Positions 1 through 12,075 of a DNA stretch of 64,000 bases are shown here, piece by piece. The translations under genes and the position numbers were made by a program. Source of the DNA: Octopus sinensis (lineage: Eukaryota); assembly GCF_006345805.1 (NCBI RefSeq), contig NC_043016.1, positions 15,190,001 to 15,254,000 on the forward strand. The letters are read 5' to 3'. The notes beneath the pieces are model-generated. The model searched no databases. It worked only from the letters and a program-made list of their open reading frames with translations, and was not told the DNA's origin. Each line of letters begins with the position of its first letter. The stretch's first letter is position 1.

Positions 1-719
1 TATATAAAGTTAAAAGCGAAACATTGGGAGTTTGTAGCTTTTTGAAAATGGTGAGGTGATGGGTGGATGTTTGGGGAAGGAGATTTTAGTGTTTCTTTAA
101 GAAAAAGAAAAAAAATTCTCAAAGATTTGTACACGCCGTTTGTTTTCTCTGTGGATTGTCAAGAAAAAAATTCGCAAATAGTAAAAAAAAAATGAAGAAA
201 TTGGGATGGGGAGAGGGAAAATTAAAATATTGAGAACATATTTTTTGGGCAAAATCCTTATTTCCTGTCTTGAAAACATAGGAATCAGAAGAAATTTAGG
301 GAAAAACTCAGTGGTTTGGCACAAATGTCACCTTATACATTCTAGAAACAGGGAAAGGACAGGATTTCTGGGAGAACCTTTTAAATTTATATTGAAGATC
401 AGGTTTTTAAATAGATACATCACAAACGTGAATTACAGAATAAAAAACAGGTAATTTCAAGGCATTCTTTTTGGCTGTGTGAGCTATGAATGCTCATCAC
501 CACAGTTATGTCCCACATTATGACGACGTATTTCGCCATCTCTGCAGGACTGGCCTGAACAGCATACCTCACTAACTGACATTACTGACTGTGTCAGTCC
601 ACCATTTATTAGTAGTGAACCAGCCCACTTCTCACCTGGGGCTGTTTGCCACAATAATATATACATACATATAAGTGTATGTATACACACACACACACAC
701 ACGTGTGTGTACAATGACT

Positions 720-1760
720 AATGCATACATTTTGACAATTCTCAACCAATTTTCCCCAGACTTTACACACATAATACTTATGTCCCAAGGATGGTTGTGC
801 ACTGCTATAACATTTTGCGCATAGCTCCCACATAAATGGACATTTTTATTTTTTGTAGGGTCTTCAGACTTTTTTAATCTTTTTATAAACGTGAAAGGAT
901 TTTATCTATTTATATATTTATACTGTTCACCAACAATGGTGTTTAAATTGACTAGGAACACTAAACGCATACATTTTCATAATTCTCAACTGATTTTCAC
1001 CAAATTTTACCTCTGGAGATATACTGTGATTGAGAAGACCCAGCAAGGAAAGTGAGATTACAGCCATAGCCTACACCAGTGTCACATAACCAACCCATTT
1101 AAAAAGTACCTTTGAATCCTCAGGTGACATGCCTTGAGGAGACTTATTGAGTCAAGTAAATGGAAATTGTAGTAGTTGTGGCTGATACCAGTGTCGCCTG
1201 ACTGGATCCTGTGCTGGTGGCACGCAATAAGCACCATTCATGCGTGGGTCATTACCAGTGCTGCCTGATCGGCTCCCCATGCGAGTGGCATGTAAAAAGT
1301 ACCATCTGAACGTGGGCAATGCCAGCCCCCTGCCCCAACTGGCTCCTGTGCCGGTACCATTTAAAAAGCACCATCCAAATGTGGTCAATGCCAGTGCTGC
1401 CCGACTGGCTCCTGTGCCGGTGGTACGTAAAAAGCACGCACTACACTCTCGGAGTGGTTGGCATTAGAAAGGGCATCCAGCTATAGAAACACTGCCAGAT
1501 CAGTTTGGAGCCTGGTCCGACCTAGTGGTTTGCTAGTCCCTAGTCAAACCATCCAACCCATGCCAGCATGGAAAACAGACGTTAAATGATGATGATGATG
1601 ATTTACACACACTGTATGCTTGAAGGATGGTCATGCACTGAACATTTTGCCCACAGCTCCCACATAAGTGGAACTAAATGGACAAAGATTTTATATGCAA
1701 GGATTTTGTCTATTTCCACCTTCCACCGTTATTAAATTGACTAGGAACAGAGTACATGAT
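720..1760. repeat. Two tandem copies of a ~250-bp unit; the second is interrupted by an RTE 3' fragment
   Basis: Shared blocks 'aggatggt..tgcact', 'ctcccacataa' and 'ttaaattgactaggaaca' occur at ~785-960 and ~1620-1750. Copy 2 starts at ~965 and resumes at ~1602 after the insertion. Confidence 0.65.
1011..1602 (+). mobile_element. 5'-truncated RTE LINE (3' UTR only)
   Basis: Matches the sequence following the RTE ORF at 34860-35474. Contains gtgccggtggcac/aaaaagcacc repeats and ends in (GAT)n. Short 'tttac' duplication at both junctions. Confidence 0.8.
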
Positions 1761-2329
1761 GAATATCCAATACCAAACAATCTTAATCTCCATATTTAAA
1801 CTGCATTAAACTTTGGTAAGCTTACCTTTACCTATTCTGTGTTACACTCTTCTATCTATTGATACCTTTGTTTACCTACCAATCCATTGTTTTCCCTTAA
1901 CGATGCTTATTTACCCATCCATTATATTTCAAATGTTTTCTGTTGTTTCAAATACGTTTTAGCATTGTTGTTCTAGTCTTTTTTAAACACTCACATGATA
2001 CAACCCAAAGAATCAACCTTTAAATAAGAGTTTTGGGAGGGGCTATGATGTAAGCACATGCCAAAACCCTTCGTAACTTTTTTTATTTTTACGAATTTTT
2101 ACAAAATTTTTCATTTCTGCCTTCTGCATAATATAATTAATGTGACTAAACAACAAAAAAAAAATTTAAATATATGTATGTATGCATATATACATACACA
2201 TACATACGTACATATATACACACACATATACATATAGACACACATATATACATATACATACATATATACATATACACACACATATATACATGCATATACA
2301 TACACATACATGCATGCATATACATACAC

Positions 2330-2368
<39 letters not shown>

Positions 2369-2375
<7 letters not shown>

Positions 2376-2680
2376 TTATATATGTTTCTGTATGCATTTA
2401 TACATTTATAAGTTTCAGAAAATATCAGAATAATGCAATAAAGTCAGTCATAATAAAAGCTATTTCCTTTATTTTTAACTACTGTTTCTAGCAAAAATGA
2501 GTTGTACCTCTGTTTCAAAGTGCTAGCCTGCCACCTGAATCTCCCTGAGATACACTGTCTGTGGAGTACTCACCCACTTGCACGTTAATGTCACAAGCAA
2601 GCTGTTCCACTGATCATATCAGCTGGGACCTTCGTTGTCGTAACTGAAGGAGTGCTCCTACACACACACACACACACACA

Positions 2681-2718
<38 letters not shown>

Positions 2719-3004
2719 TTATATATGTTTCTGTATGCATTTATACATTTATAAGTTTCAGAAAATATCAGAATAATGCAATAAAGTCAGTCCATAATAA
2801 AAGCTATTTCCTTTATTTTTAACTACTGTTTCTAGCAAAAATGAGTTGTACCTCTGTTTCAAAGTGCTAGCCTTGCCACGCTGAATCTCCCTGAGATACA
2901 CGTGTCTGTGGAGTACTCACCCACTTGCACGTTAATGTCACAAGCAAGCTGTTCCACTGATCATATCAGCTGGGACCTTCGTTGTCGTAACTGAAGGAGT
3001 GCTC

Positions 3005-3060
<56 letters not shown>
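2369..3060. repeat. ~343-bp tandem duplication anchored on (CA)n/(TA)n
   Basis: 2369-2711 is repeated at 2712-~3060; the copies differ mainly by single-base indels. Confidence 0.9.
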
Positions 3061-3069
<9 letters not shown>

Positions 3070-3287
3070 TATACATACCTATATATATATGTATATACAC
3101 ACATATACACAAACAAAAACACAAATTTATATACATATACATATGCATATATACATATATATACATATACATGCACATATACATACATATGCATACACAC
3201 ACATATATACATATATGTATGACAAAGTTACTTAGAAATGGATGCATGGCATTCAATCAAATAATAATATACATATATAAGCATACA

Positions 3288-3510
3288 TCTACTACATATG
3301 TAGGAAATTCTGTCTGTGGGTGTGTTATCCAACCCCTCCTACATTGTTTTATCGATTTTTATGAAACTTGACATTTGAGTATTCTATGTAAATGCACAAA
3401 AGCCGTTTTAAGGGCTACACATTTTGTTACTGGATTAGCGAAACAATTATGAGAACAGAACTGAGGGATAAGCCCTGCTTTCCTGGGAATTACAGGGTAT
3501 GTCAGCTTAG
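3288..3510 (+). mobile_element. Non-autonomous Helitron-like element
   Basis: Starts A|TC (3287/3288). Carries 'tgtctgt' and 'cgatttttatgaaacttgac' motifs shared with 25272-25640. Ends in a hairpin-like 'cctgggaattacagg' followed by ...cTTAG|T. Confidence 0.6.
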
Positions 3511-3518
3511 TGTATGTA

Positions 3519-3555
<37 letters not shown>

Positions 3556-3896
3556 ATATATATTATATATATATATATATATACTTTATTTAAAGTATTT
3601 ACTCTACCTCTGGTATTTGAGTACTCTTTTTTCCACCTTGTTTCACATTTATGTGTTTACTCCGGTATTGTGTGTGTGTGTGTGTGTGCGCGTGTGTGCA
3701 TATATGGGTACAGCACATCACAAATATGAAAACAAATGAGTTGATACGCAAACAATGAGAGAAACAAATGAGTTGATACGCAAACAATGAGAGAAACAAA
3801 TGACAAACAGGACAAGTAACATAAAGAATGACACTTCATCAGTTGTCAGCTGTCCGTCTACTCCTCTACTCAAGATACATATATGGATATATACAT

Positions 3897-4695
3897 ATAG
3901 GGTCATAGCTCATCTCATTAGGGAGAGAGTCTGCTTAGATGAGATGCAGTTTGGTTTTGTTGCGGGTAGAAGCGCCACTGATGCCATATCCCTGGTTCGA
4001 CAACTGCAGGAGAAATACCTAGCTAAAGATAAACCCCCCCTACTTAGCTTTCGTAGACTTGGAGAAAACCTTTGACAATCCCTTATCTGGTGGGCGATGC
4101 AGAACTGGAGATTAATGAATGGTTAATAACGGCTGTACAGGTCCTATACAGAGAGGCCGTTAATAAGGTTAGGATTAGCAACGAGTATAGTGAAGAATTC
4201 CGGGTAGAAGTAGGGGTCCACCAAAGTTCAGCCCTCAGTCCCCTTTTATTCATCATAGTCCACCAGGCAATAACAGAGGAATTCAAGACGGGTTGCCCCT
4301 GGGATGACCTGCTCTCATAGAATCAATACCGGAACTAGAAAAGGAATTTTGGGTGTGGAAGCTAGGTTTAGAATCAAAAGGCCTTAGAGTCAATGTAGCA
4401 AAGGCCAAAGTTATAGTAAGTAGGAAGGTGAACTCATCACACACCCCTCAGGTAGTTGGCCCTGCTCAATCTGCAGAAAAGGTGTAGGTAGAAACTCCAT
4501 AAGATGTACCCAGTGTAAGCTATGGACGCATAAGAGGTGCAGCAACATCAAAGGAAAATTAACCAAGAAGATAGCTTTCATGTGCGGCAGATGCACAGGG
4601 GCAAGAAACACTGCAGATGCTCAGAAAACAGATTCCATCACACTCCAGAGTAAGAAACTAGAAGTAGTTGATAGTTTCCGTTATCTAGGTGACCT
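3897..4695 (+). mobile_element. RTE LINE reverse-transcriptase fragment (frameshifted)
   Basis: Translations DEMQFGFVAGRSATDAI..RQLQEKY and VGVHQSSALSPLLFII (RT GVxQGS motif); overlaps the RTE copy at 33960. Confidence 0.9.
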
Positions 4696-4751
4696 AGGAT
4701 CAAGAATGTAATGTATCTTTTCTCTTTATTGTTTCAGACATTAGACTAAAG

Positions 4752-4900
4752 CAGAGGTTTCTGACCTCTGGTGGTCTGCAAAGGTAGTCCTAGTGGTCTG
4801 TGAAGATGTTAAGCTGACAGACCTTTCGATATCCTGGGGTCTAGGGGAAAACTATTTAAATAAATGGAGTCCTCGGTAGTGAAAAAGTTGGGAATCAGTG
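4752..4900. mobile_element. hAT-type MITE
   Basis: Ends cagaggtttctgacc / agttgggaatcagtg resemble the CAGTGGTTCCCAACC-type TIR. Flanks gactaaag (4744-4751) and cactacag (4901-4908) look like a decayed 8-bp TSD (6/8 match). Confidence 0.6.
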
Positions 4901-4904
4901 CACT

Positions 4905-5220
4905 ACAGCCATGAAGGGTTTTAGTCAAACATAGGAACCACAGTACTTATGGATTTTCCGAAGTCAGGTATTTATTCTACTGGACACCTCTGTCAAACTG
5001 CTAAGTTATTGGAATATAAATCAACCAACACCAGTTATCAAGTGATGACAGGCACACTCTTATATATGACAGGCTCCCACGCAATTTCTGTCCCCCAAGT
5101 TTGCTCACAAGGCATTGATTGGCTCAGGATATAGTTAGACACTTGCCCAAGGTGCCACACAGCAGGATTGAACACCAAACCAAGTGGTTGCAAAATGAGC
5201 ATCTCAATCAAGCAGCCAAC
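4905..5220 (-). mobile_element. Degenerate tRNA-derived CORE-type SINE
   Basis: Reverse complement aligns with the near-intact copy at 30930-31311 (gacacttgcccaaggtgccac). Confidence 0.7.
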
Positions 5221-5286
5221 ATATAACATATCCGACATGCACAAATTGAATATACTTAATGTAAACTAATATATAATACATATATA

Positions 5287-5930
5287 CAGGGTGCAGTGAA
5301 TAAACTGTCATCTAAATTATGCAAGAACGAAAATAACACTGATATCTCATTTTAACAGATATATTTACCAAAATCAGATAAAAATATCTTGAAATACTAA
5401 AGAGTAAATTTGTTCAATAAAATCGCCATTTGCTTCAACCATGGCCTCCAGATAACTTGGGAATCTCCTGCAACTCTTCTGGACGGTCTCCTTGTTTAAG
5501 TTGGTCAATGCTGCCATAATCCTTGCCTTCAGTTCATCTTTGGGGTTACAAGGAGCTTTGTTGCTCTCTCGCTCAACTGCACCCCACACATAATAATCAA
5601 GGGGGTTGTAGTCTGGGGAGTTAGGTGGCTAGATGTTAGGGGTGAGGTGGTCACAGAAATTGTGAGATATCTATGACTGAGTTTTTCTGCTTGTGTGACA
5701 TGGTACAGAGTCCTGTTGTCAGACACAGGGTGTTCCGGCAACCACCCTCCTGACCCAGGGCAGCACTACCTCCTCCAGGCACTTGATGCAGGCCTCCGTG
5801 TTGAGTCTGAGACTGTGTAGGAAGATGAATAGAGGCATAACATCACCATCACTACTGATCACTGACTGATTTCCATCACACTCGGTATGTTCTGGGAATG
5901 CGAAACTAAGCAGCAGTTTTTTGTGATGTT
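5287..5930 (-). mobile_element. Tc1/mariner superfamily maT (DD37D) transposon, 3' half with TIR
   Basis: Minus-strand translation QQDSVPCHTSRKTQS*...*PPNSPDYNPLDYYVWGAVE has 37 residues between the second and third catalytic D (counted by hand). TA + CAGGGTG terminus at 5285-5293. In-frame stops. Confidence 0.85.
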
Positions 5931-6075
5931 TTTGCAGCTTTAATAATAATAATAAAGCATATTACTCAACCTCCGGTATTCGAGTACTACTACTTCTCAC
6001 CCTCTTTCACATTACTTTGGTGTATGTATGTATGTATGTATGTATGTATGTATGTATGTATGTATGTGTGTATGT

Positions 6076-6127
<52 letters not shown>

Positions 6128-6169
6128 ATGTATGTATATGTATGTATGTATGTATGTATGTATATATAT

Positions 6170-6204
<35 letters not shown>

Positions 6205-6234
6205 TATGTATGTATTATGTATGTGTATGCTTAT

Positions 6235-6420
6235 GTTTGTCCTATAACACCGCTTGACAACTGGTGTTGGTTAGTTTATGTCCCTGTAACTTACGAGTTT
6301 GGTGACAGAATAAGTACGAGACTAACAAATAAGTACTGTGGTTGATTTTTTTTTCAACAAAACCCTTTAAGGCAGTGCCCCAGCAGGGTCACAGTCCAAT
6401 AATTGAAACAAAGTAAAAGA
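6235..6420 (+). mobile_element. CORE-type SINE, 3' half
   Basis: ttgacaactggtgttgg...gaaacaaagtaaaaga matches the SINE 3' region. Confidence 0.7.
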
Positions 6421-6609
6421 TAAACGTTAAAGATACACACACGATTTAACTTTGTGTATATTTAGTAATCAAACATGAATTATTTCTTGTGTTATGAGGA
6501 GATTTAAGATTTCTGGAGTTGTTTTTGAACTTACCAAAAGCCTTTAAACACTATTGAGCAATGACTATTGGTTATTTCTAGTTGACATACTGACTTCTCT
6601 CTCTCCAAT

Positions 6610-6640
<31 letters not shown>

Positions 6641-6649
6641 AAGTGGTGA

Positions 6650-7760
6650 GAAAGGACCAATGACAGTACCGCCTGATTGGCACCCATGCCATTGGAATGT
6701 TAAAAGCACCATTCAAGCGTGATCATTGCGGGTGGCACATAAAAAGCACCATTTGAGTGTGGATGATGCCAGTACTGCCTTATGCTGGTGGGACATAAAA
6801 GCACCCACTACACTCTCGGAGTGGTTGGTGTTAGGAAGGGCATTCAGCTGTAGAAACCTTGCCAGATCAGATTGGAGCCTGGTGCAGCCACCTGGCTTGC
6901 CAGTCCTCAGCCAAACTGTCCAACCCATGCCAGCATGGAAAGCAGACATTAAACGACGAATAAATGAGGACAGCTATGTGAAAAAGGGTCACACAGTAGC
7001 AGTTGAGGGACTCTGTGAAAGTGGTAGACCAGAGGAAGACCTGGCATGAGGTGTTGAAGCATGACCTTTGAACAATGGTTCGAAGGTCATGCTTCACCAC
7101 CTCATACCAGGCAATGACTAGTGACTGAGACCTTTGGAGATATGCTGTGCTTGACAAGACCTGACAAGGCAAGTGAGACCATAGCCCATGGCCTATGCCA
7201 GTGGGTGTAACCAGCCCACTTATGAGTACTTTCAGTCATTGGAAATAAACTTTGCTTGCAAAGATCTCTTGAGGCAAGTGAAATCAAATCAAAATCGCTG
7301 ACATGTCCAATGACAGTACCGCCTGATTGGCACTTGTACCAGAGGAATGTTTAAAGCACATCCGAGTGTGATCGTTTCCAGGGCCATGGATTGGCTCCCA
7401 TGCTGGTGGCACGTAAAAGCACCATTTGAGTGTGATCATTGCCAGCGTCGCCTTACTAGCACGTGAAAAACAACATTTGAGCGTGGTCATTGCCAGTACT
7501 GCCGGACTGGCTCCCGTGCAGGTAGCATGTAAAAAACACCTTTTGAGCATGATTGTTTCCAGAACTGACCCTCGTGCCAGTGGCACATAAAAGCACCCTC
7601 TGCACTCTCGGAGTGGTTGGCGTTAGGAAGGGCATCCAGCTGTAGAAACCTTGCCTGATCAGATTGAGCCTGGTGCAGCCTTCTGGCTCAGCAGTCGTCA
7701 GTCAAACATCAAACCTATACCAGCATTGAAAGCGGACATTAAATGATGATGATGATGATA
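6650..7760 (+). mobile_element. Two adjacent 5'-truncated RTE copies (3' UTR; ORF C-terminus plus 3' UTR)
   Basis: 6650-6960 is 3' UTR. From 6961, HTVAVEG..GRP..TW.EVLKHDL matches the RTE C-terminus, followed by 3' UTR and (GAT)n at ~7745-7760. Confidence 0.85.
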
Positions 7761-8294
7761 TATAATATATATATTATATATATATATTATATATATATAT
7801 ATATATATATGTTGTTTTTCAGAATGGTCCATTCTGAATGGAATAAGCAGAGCAAGAGCACACATGAAGGTGTCACTGAGGAAGTCACAAATGTTTGATG
7901 AAAGATATCCAGACAATGGACATGAGTTAGAATAAGAACAGAAATAAATGAGTCAAGAACTAATATATAGTGTGGGTGTTCATTTGACAAAAAGAAAAGA
8001 AAAAAAACAATGATCATCTCGAAATACAACAAAATCTGCTTCAACACACAACGTCACACCAGGAATCTTGCAACACAAATTCATAAACACACACACAGAT
8101 ATATAATATATATATATATATATACATACATACAAACATACATGTGTATGTATACTATTAATGTGTATATGTATACACACACACACACACACACATAGAC
8201 GTGCACACATATACACATGTATATATGCACATACATACACACATGTATATATGCACACACACACACACAAGTATATATGCACATATATACACAC

Positions 8295-8810
8295 ATCATC
8301 ATCATCATCATCGTTTAGCGTGTTTTCCATGCTAGCATGGGTTGGACGGTTCTACTGGGGTCTGTGAAGCCAGAAGGCTTCATCAGGCCCAGTCAAATCT
8401 GGCAGTGTTCTACGGCTGGATGCCCTCCTAACGCCAACCACTCCGTGAGTGTAGTGGGTGCTTTTTACGTGCCACCCGCACTGGTGCCAGACAGAGCTGG
8501 CAAACGGCCACGAACGGATGGTGCTTTTTATGTGCCACCGGCACGAGGGCCAGGCGAGGCTGGCAACGGACACGAAACGGGGCGGTGCTGGCAATGGTCG
8601 CAAAACGGAAAGTTCTCTTACATGCCACCGGCACTGGTAACACATCTGCAATTTCCATTGATCGATTTCCATTGATCGATTTCGATTCTGATCGTCACTT
8701 GCCTCAACGGGTCTTCACAAGCAGAGTTTTGACATGCCACCGGCACTGGTAACACATCTGCAATTTCCATTGATCGATTTCGATTCTGATCCTCACTTGC
8801 CTCATCACGT
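8295..8810 (-). mobile_element. 5'-truncated RTE LINE (3' UTR, young subfamily)
   Basis: Nearly identical to the reverse complement of 34975-35474; (ATC)n on the + strand at ~8295-8312. Confidence 0.9.
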
Positions 8811-9170
8811 CTTCACATACATATACACATGTATATATACTCATACATATACACATGTATATATACACATACATATACACATGTATATATACACATACAT
8901 ACACACATGTATACATACACATACATACACACATGTATACATACACATACATACACACATGTATACATACACATACATACATGTGTATATATACACATAC
9001 ATACATGTGTATATATACACATACATACACACATGTATACACATACATACATACATGTATACACACATGTATACACATGTATATATACACATACATACAT
9101 GTATATAAACACATACACACATATACACATACATATGCACATACATACACACACACACACACATATATAT
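8811..9170. repeat. Compound (CA)/(TA) minisatellite with acacatgtata core
   Basis: Directly visible repeated acacatgtat units. Confidence 0.9.
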
Positions 9171-9420
9171 TCATACACAAATACTTACAAGGTAAGTAAA
9201 AGTGTACATGCGCTGCTATATGTATATATAAATATAAAAAATGGAACAGAAACTCAATAGAGGACTATAAGCACCCAGACAGACAGCCGATACAAAGGCA
9301 GGCAAGAAAAACGACAAATAAAGGGTCATTCGTGGCCTTCTTTCCTCAGTCAAACTTTTAGATGGTCCTTGCAGTAACTGCCTGAAACTGTTTTTTTATA
9401 TATATACAATACATACATTT

Positions 9421-9469
<49 letters not shown>

Positions 9470-10134
9470 AACACTACATAGTAAATAAATATGTTATCTC
9501 TCTCCTGTCAACCGTATCATCATCATTACTATTCCTGCTGTTTGCCCCATTCTCTTCTACATCCCTCTATCTTCCCTAACTCATAATTGTCCACCCAGCC
9601 TTCAAATCCTACCCATTTTTGCAGTCTGCCTCACCATTGCTTCATCTCCTTCCCATTCAATCTTGCAAACCACTCACACATTCGCCCACCTCCACTCCCT
9701 TTGTACCTTGTAAAAGGCTACCTGGGACACCTCATTGGCATTATCTCTTGCAGCCCCCTACTGATCACTTTCTCTTTTTCTATCTCTCCTTTTACTTCCA
9801 AATATGATTAACCATGAAAATCCTCTACAAGGCTCTGACCTTACAACCTTCTCTTAATTGAATCCCCTCATCCTCTAACACAAAGCTGAGCCCCACCCCC
9901 CATCCATCCACCTACACACACACATCACAGGGTTCATAGATCTGCAAGCCGCATGGTTCAATAATACAGGTATGTAAAAAGTACCCAGTGCATGCTGTAA
10001 AGTGGTTGGCGACAAGAAGGGCATCCAGCTATAGAAACCACACCAAAGCAGACAGCAGAGCACAGCACAGTCCCTGGACTCATTGGATCCTATCAAACCA
10101 TTGTATCCATGCCAACATGGAACATGAACATTAA

Positions 10135-10268
10135 GTAAAGACAGGGGAATCTTTTTGATGAATCTCTTCCAGAAGAAACTGATTGCAAGAGAAATTCACA
10201 AAGTAACTCAAATAATAGAAAATAAAGAAGCTGAAATTACAGTTGCAGAAAGAAATAACTAAATCAAG

Positions 10269-10299
<31 letters not shown>

Positions 10300-10795
10300 G
10301 CAACTGTAAATAGTATGCAGATTTTTATCTCTAAACACATTAGACAAAGGAATATAAATAAGCTTCGTAAACTATACAAAAAAAAAAAGTAATGCTACTA
10401 CACATGGACATTACTAAACACAGACCTAGTCATGTTACTTAATCTTTTCACCAATTTTCAATCTGCAACCAAACTACAACCATGAAAAAGAGAAAAGGAA
10501 AACTACTACATCAAAAACTAGGAAATATAAGGAACAAAACCACAATAAATATCAATGATGAACTTAAAACTTACATCATGATGAATGCAACAGAAATGGA
10601 CATTCACAAAACAAGAACCAAATATATTCAATAATAGATTCAAACATGCTGTAAATTACTTAAAACATATGACCACATAATTAATATATGCAAGAATGAC
10701 AAAAACAAGTTGTTTCTAAGCATTGTTGCAAAAATCAACAATATACTAAAAGAGAAAACCATATTTACAAAAATCCCAACCAATTAAGATTCAAA
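10135..10795 (+). mobile_element. Penelope-like element, N-terminal part of the RT ORF (degenerate)
   Basis: Translations KLRKLY, LLNLF.NF, INICKNDKN (cf. IIIRKADKS) and KINNILKEKTIFTKI (cf. KINNILSD.TKF.KI) follow the order expected in PLE ORFs. Confidence 0.6.
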
Positions 10796-11667
10796 CTAAA
10801 TAAAGGTAGTGCTACCCATAGAAATCAAAGTTTATAAAGAATTTCTTTTGAAATGTATTTTCCCCAAAGTGTTTGGTTCTTAAGATGTTATAAAGTCCAT
10901 ACAGGCAGTATTGATGGTGCAGTTGTGGATGGAAGTTATATCCTGTCATCTCTTCTGTTTTTGCATCAAAAAGTGAATGTATGCTAGAAAGTGGTACAAT
11001 AACAACTGTCTATGAGAAAATACCAATTCACTTCTCTTCTTTGTATTGTGACAGTGTTATCAAAACTATTGGAAGAATTGCTTAAAGAATAATGTATGGA
11101 GAAAATGCATTAAGCAGTCTTAACTGGAATGAAATTGAAGATATATTACTCTGATATTGGGTGATTATGTTAATAGTGCTTTAATAAATCTCAATTTACT
11201 ATAGATGGACCTATAGAAATCCCGGTCATTGACCACTAACACAATTTCTCTTGTACATATTAGTTCACACACACACACACACACTTACATACAGTTTTAT
11301 CATTTGTGGGTGCATAGATGAGAAGGAAAAAAAGAGTTATTTTTTATTTAAAAAATACATATTAGTTTATTTACATTTAGTTTAATACATGCTATTTATT
11401 TAATAAATGTAATTTGCAGAAAAATAAAAATAAAATATAAATCAATAATTGATAACATTGATCTAGCAAAATAAATATTACATCATTGTATCACTTGAAT
11501 CAATATACCGGTAATTATCATTATCATAAATTCATATCATTATTTAAATACTTCTCTTTCTAAACATTTTTAGTGACACACCTTCCTTTTCATTTTCCTT
11601 GGTTACTGCTATTAAGCTTAATAAACTTTCTGTTAGTTTCCTGGCCGTAGAGAATACAGCAAATAAC

Positions 11668-11868
11668 TCTTTTACTCTTTTACTTGTTTCAGTCATTTGA
11701 CTGTGGCCATGCTGGAGCACCGCCTTTAGTCGAGCAAATCGACCCCGGGACTTATTCTTTGTAAGTCCAGTACTTATTCTATCGGTCTCTTTTTGCCGAA
11801 CCGCTAAGTGACGGGGACGTAATCACACCAGCATCGGTTGTCAAGCAATGCTAGGAGGACAAACACAG

Positions 11869-11899
<31 letters not shown>

Positions 11900-12075
11900 C
11901 ATATATACGACAGGCTTCTTTCAGTTTCCATCTACCAAATCCACTCACAAGGCATTGGTCGGCCAGGGGTTATAACAGAAGACACTAGCCCAAGATGCCA
12001 CGCAGTGGGACTGAACCCGGAACCATGTAGTTGGTTAGCAAGCTACTTACCACACAGCCACTACTATTGCGCCTG
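11668..12075 (-). mobile_element. Near-intact tRNA-derived CORE-type SINE inside the Helitron helicase
   Basis: Full reverse-complement match to 30930-31311, including A/B boxes and the 3' tail. Confidence 0.9.

Noticed and set aside
484-714. ORF and splice-like signals at 480-660
   Set aside because: Starts in (CA)n; no consistent acceptor-donor pair with a recognisable product on either strand.
2111-2491. Numerous 60-250 aa ORFs rich in Y/I/H/T/C/V/M (also ~3000, 6000, 8100, 8800, 17800, 22700-26000 and 60900)
   Set aside because: Translations of (TA)n/(CA)n repeats, which lack stop codons; no coding signal.
9182-9198. Perfect donor-like aag|gtaagt on + and its mirror on -
   Set aside because: Part of a short palindrome (tacttac-aag-gtaagta) next to a microsatellite; no plausible exon upstream.
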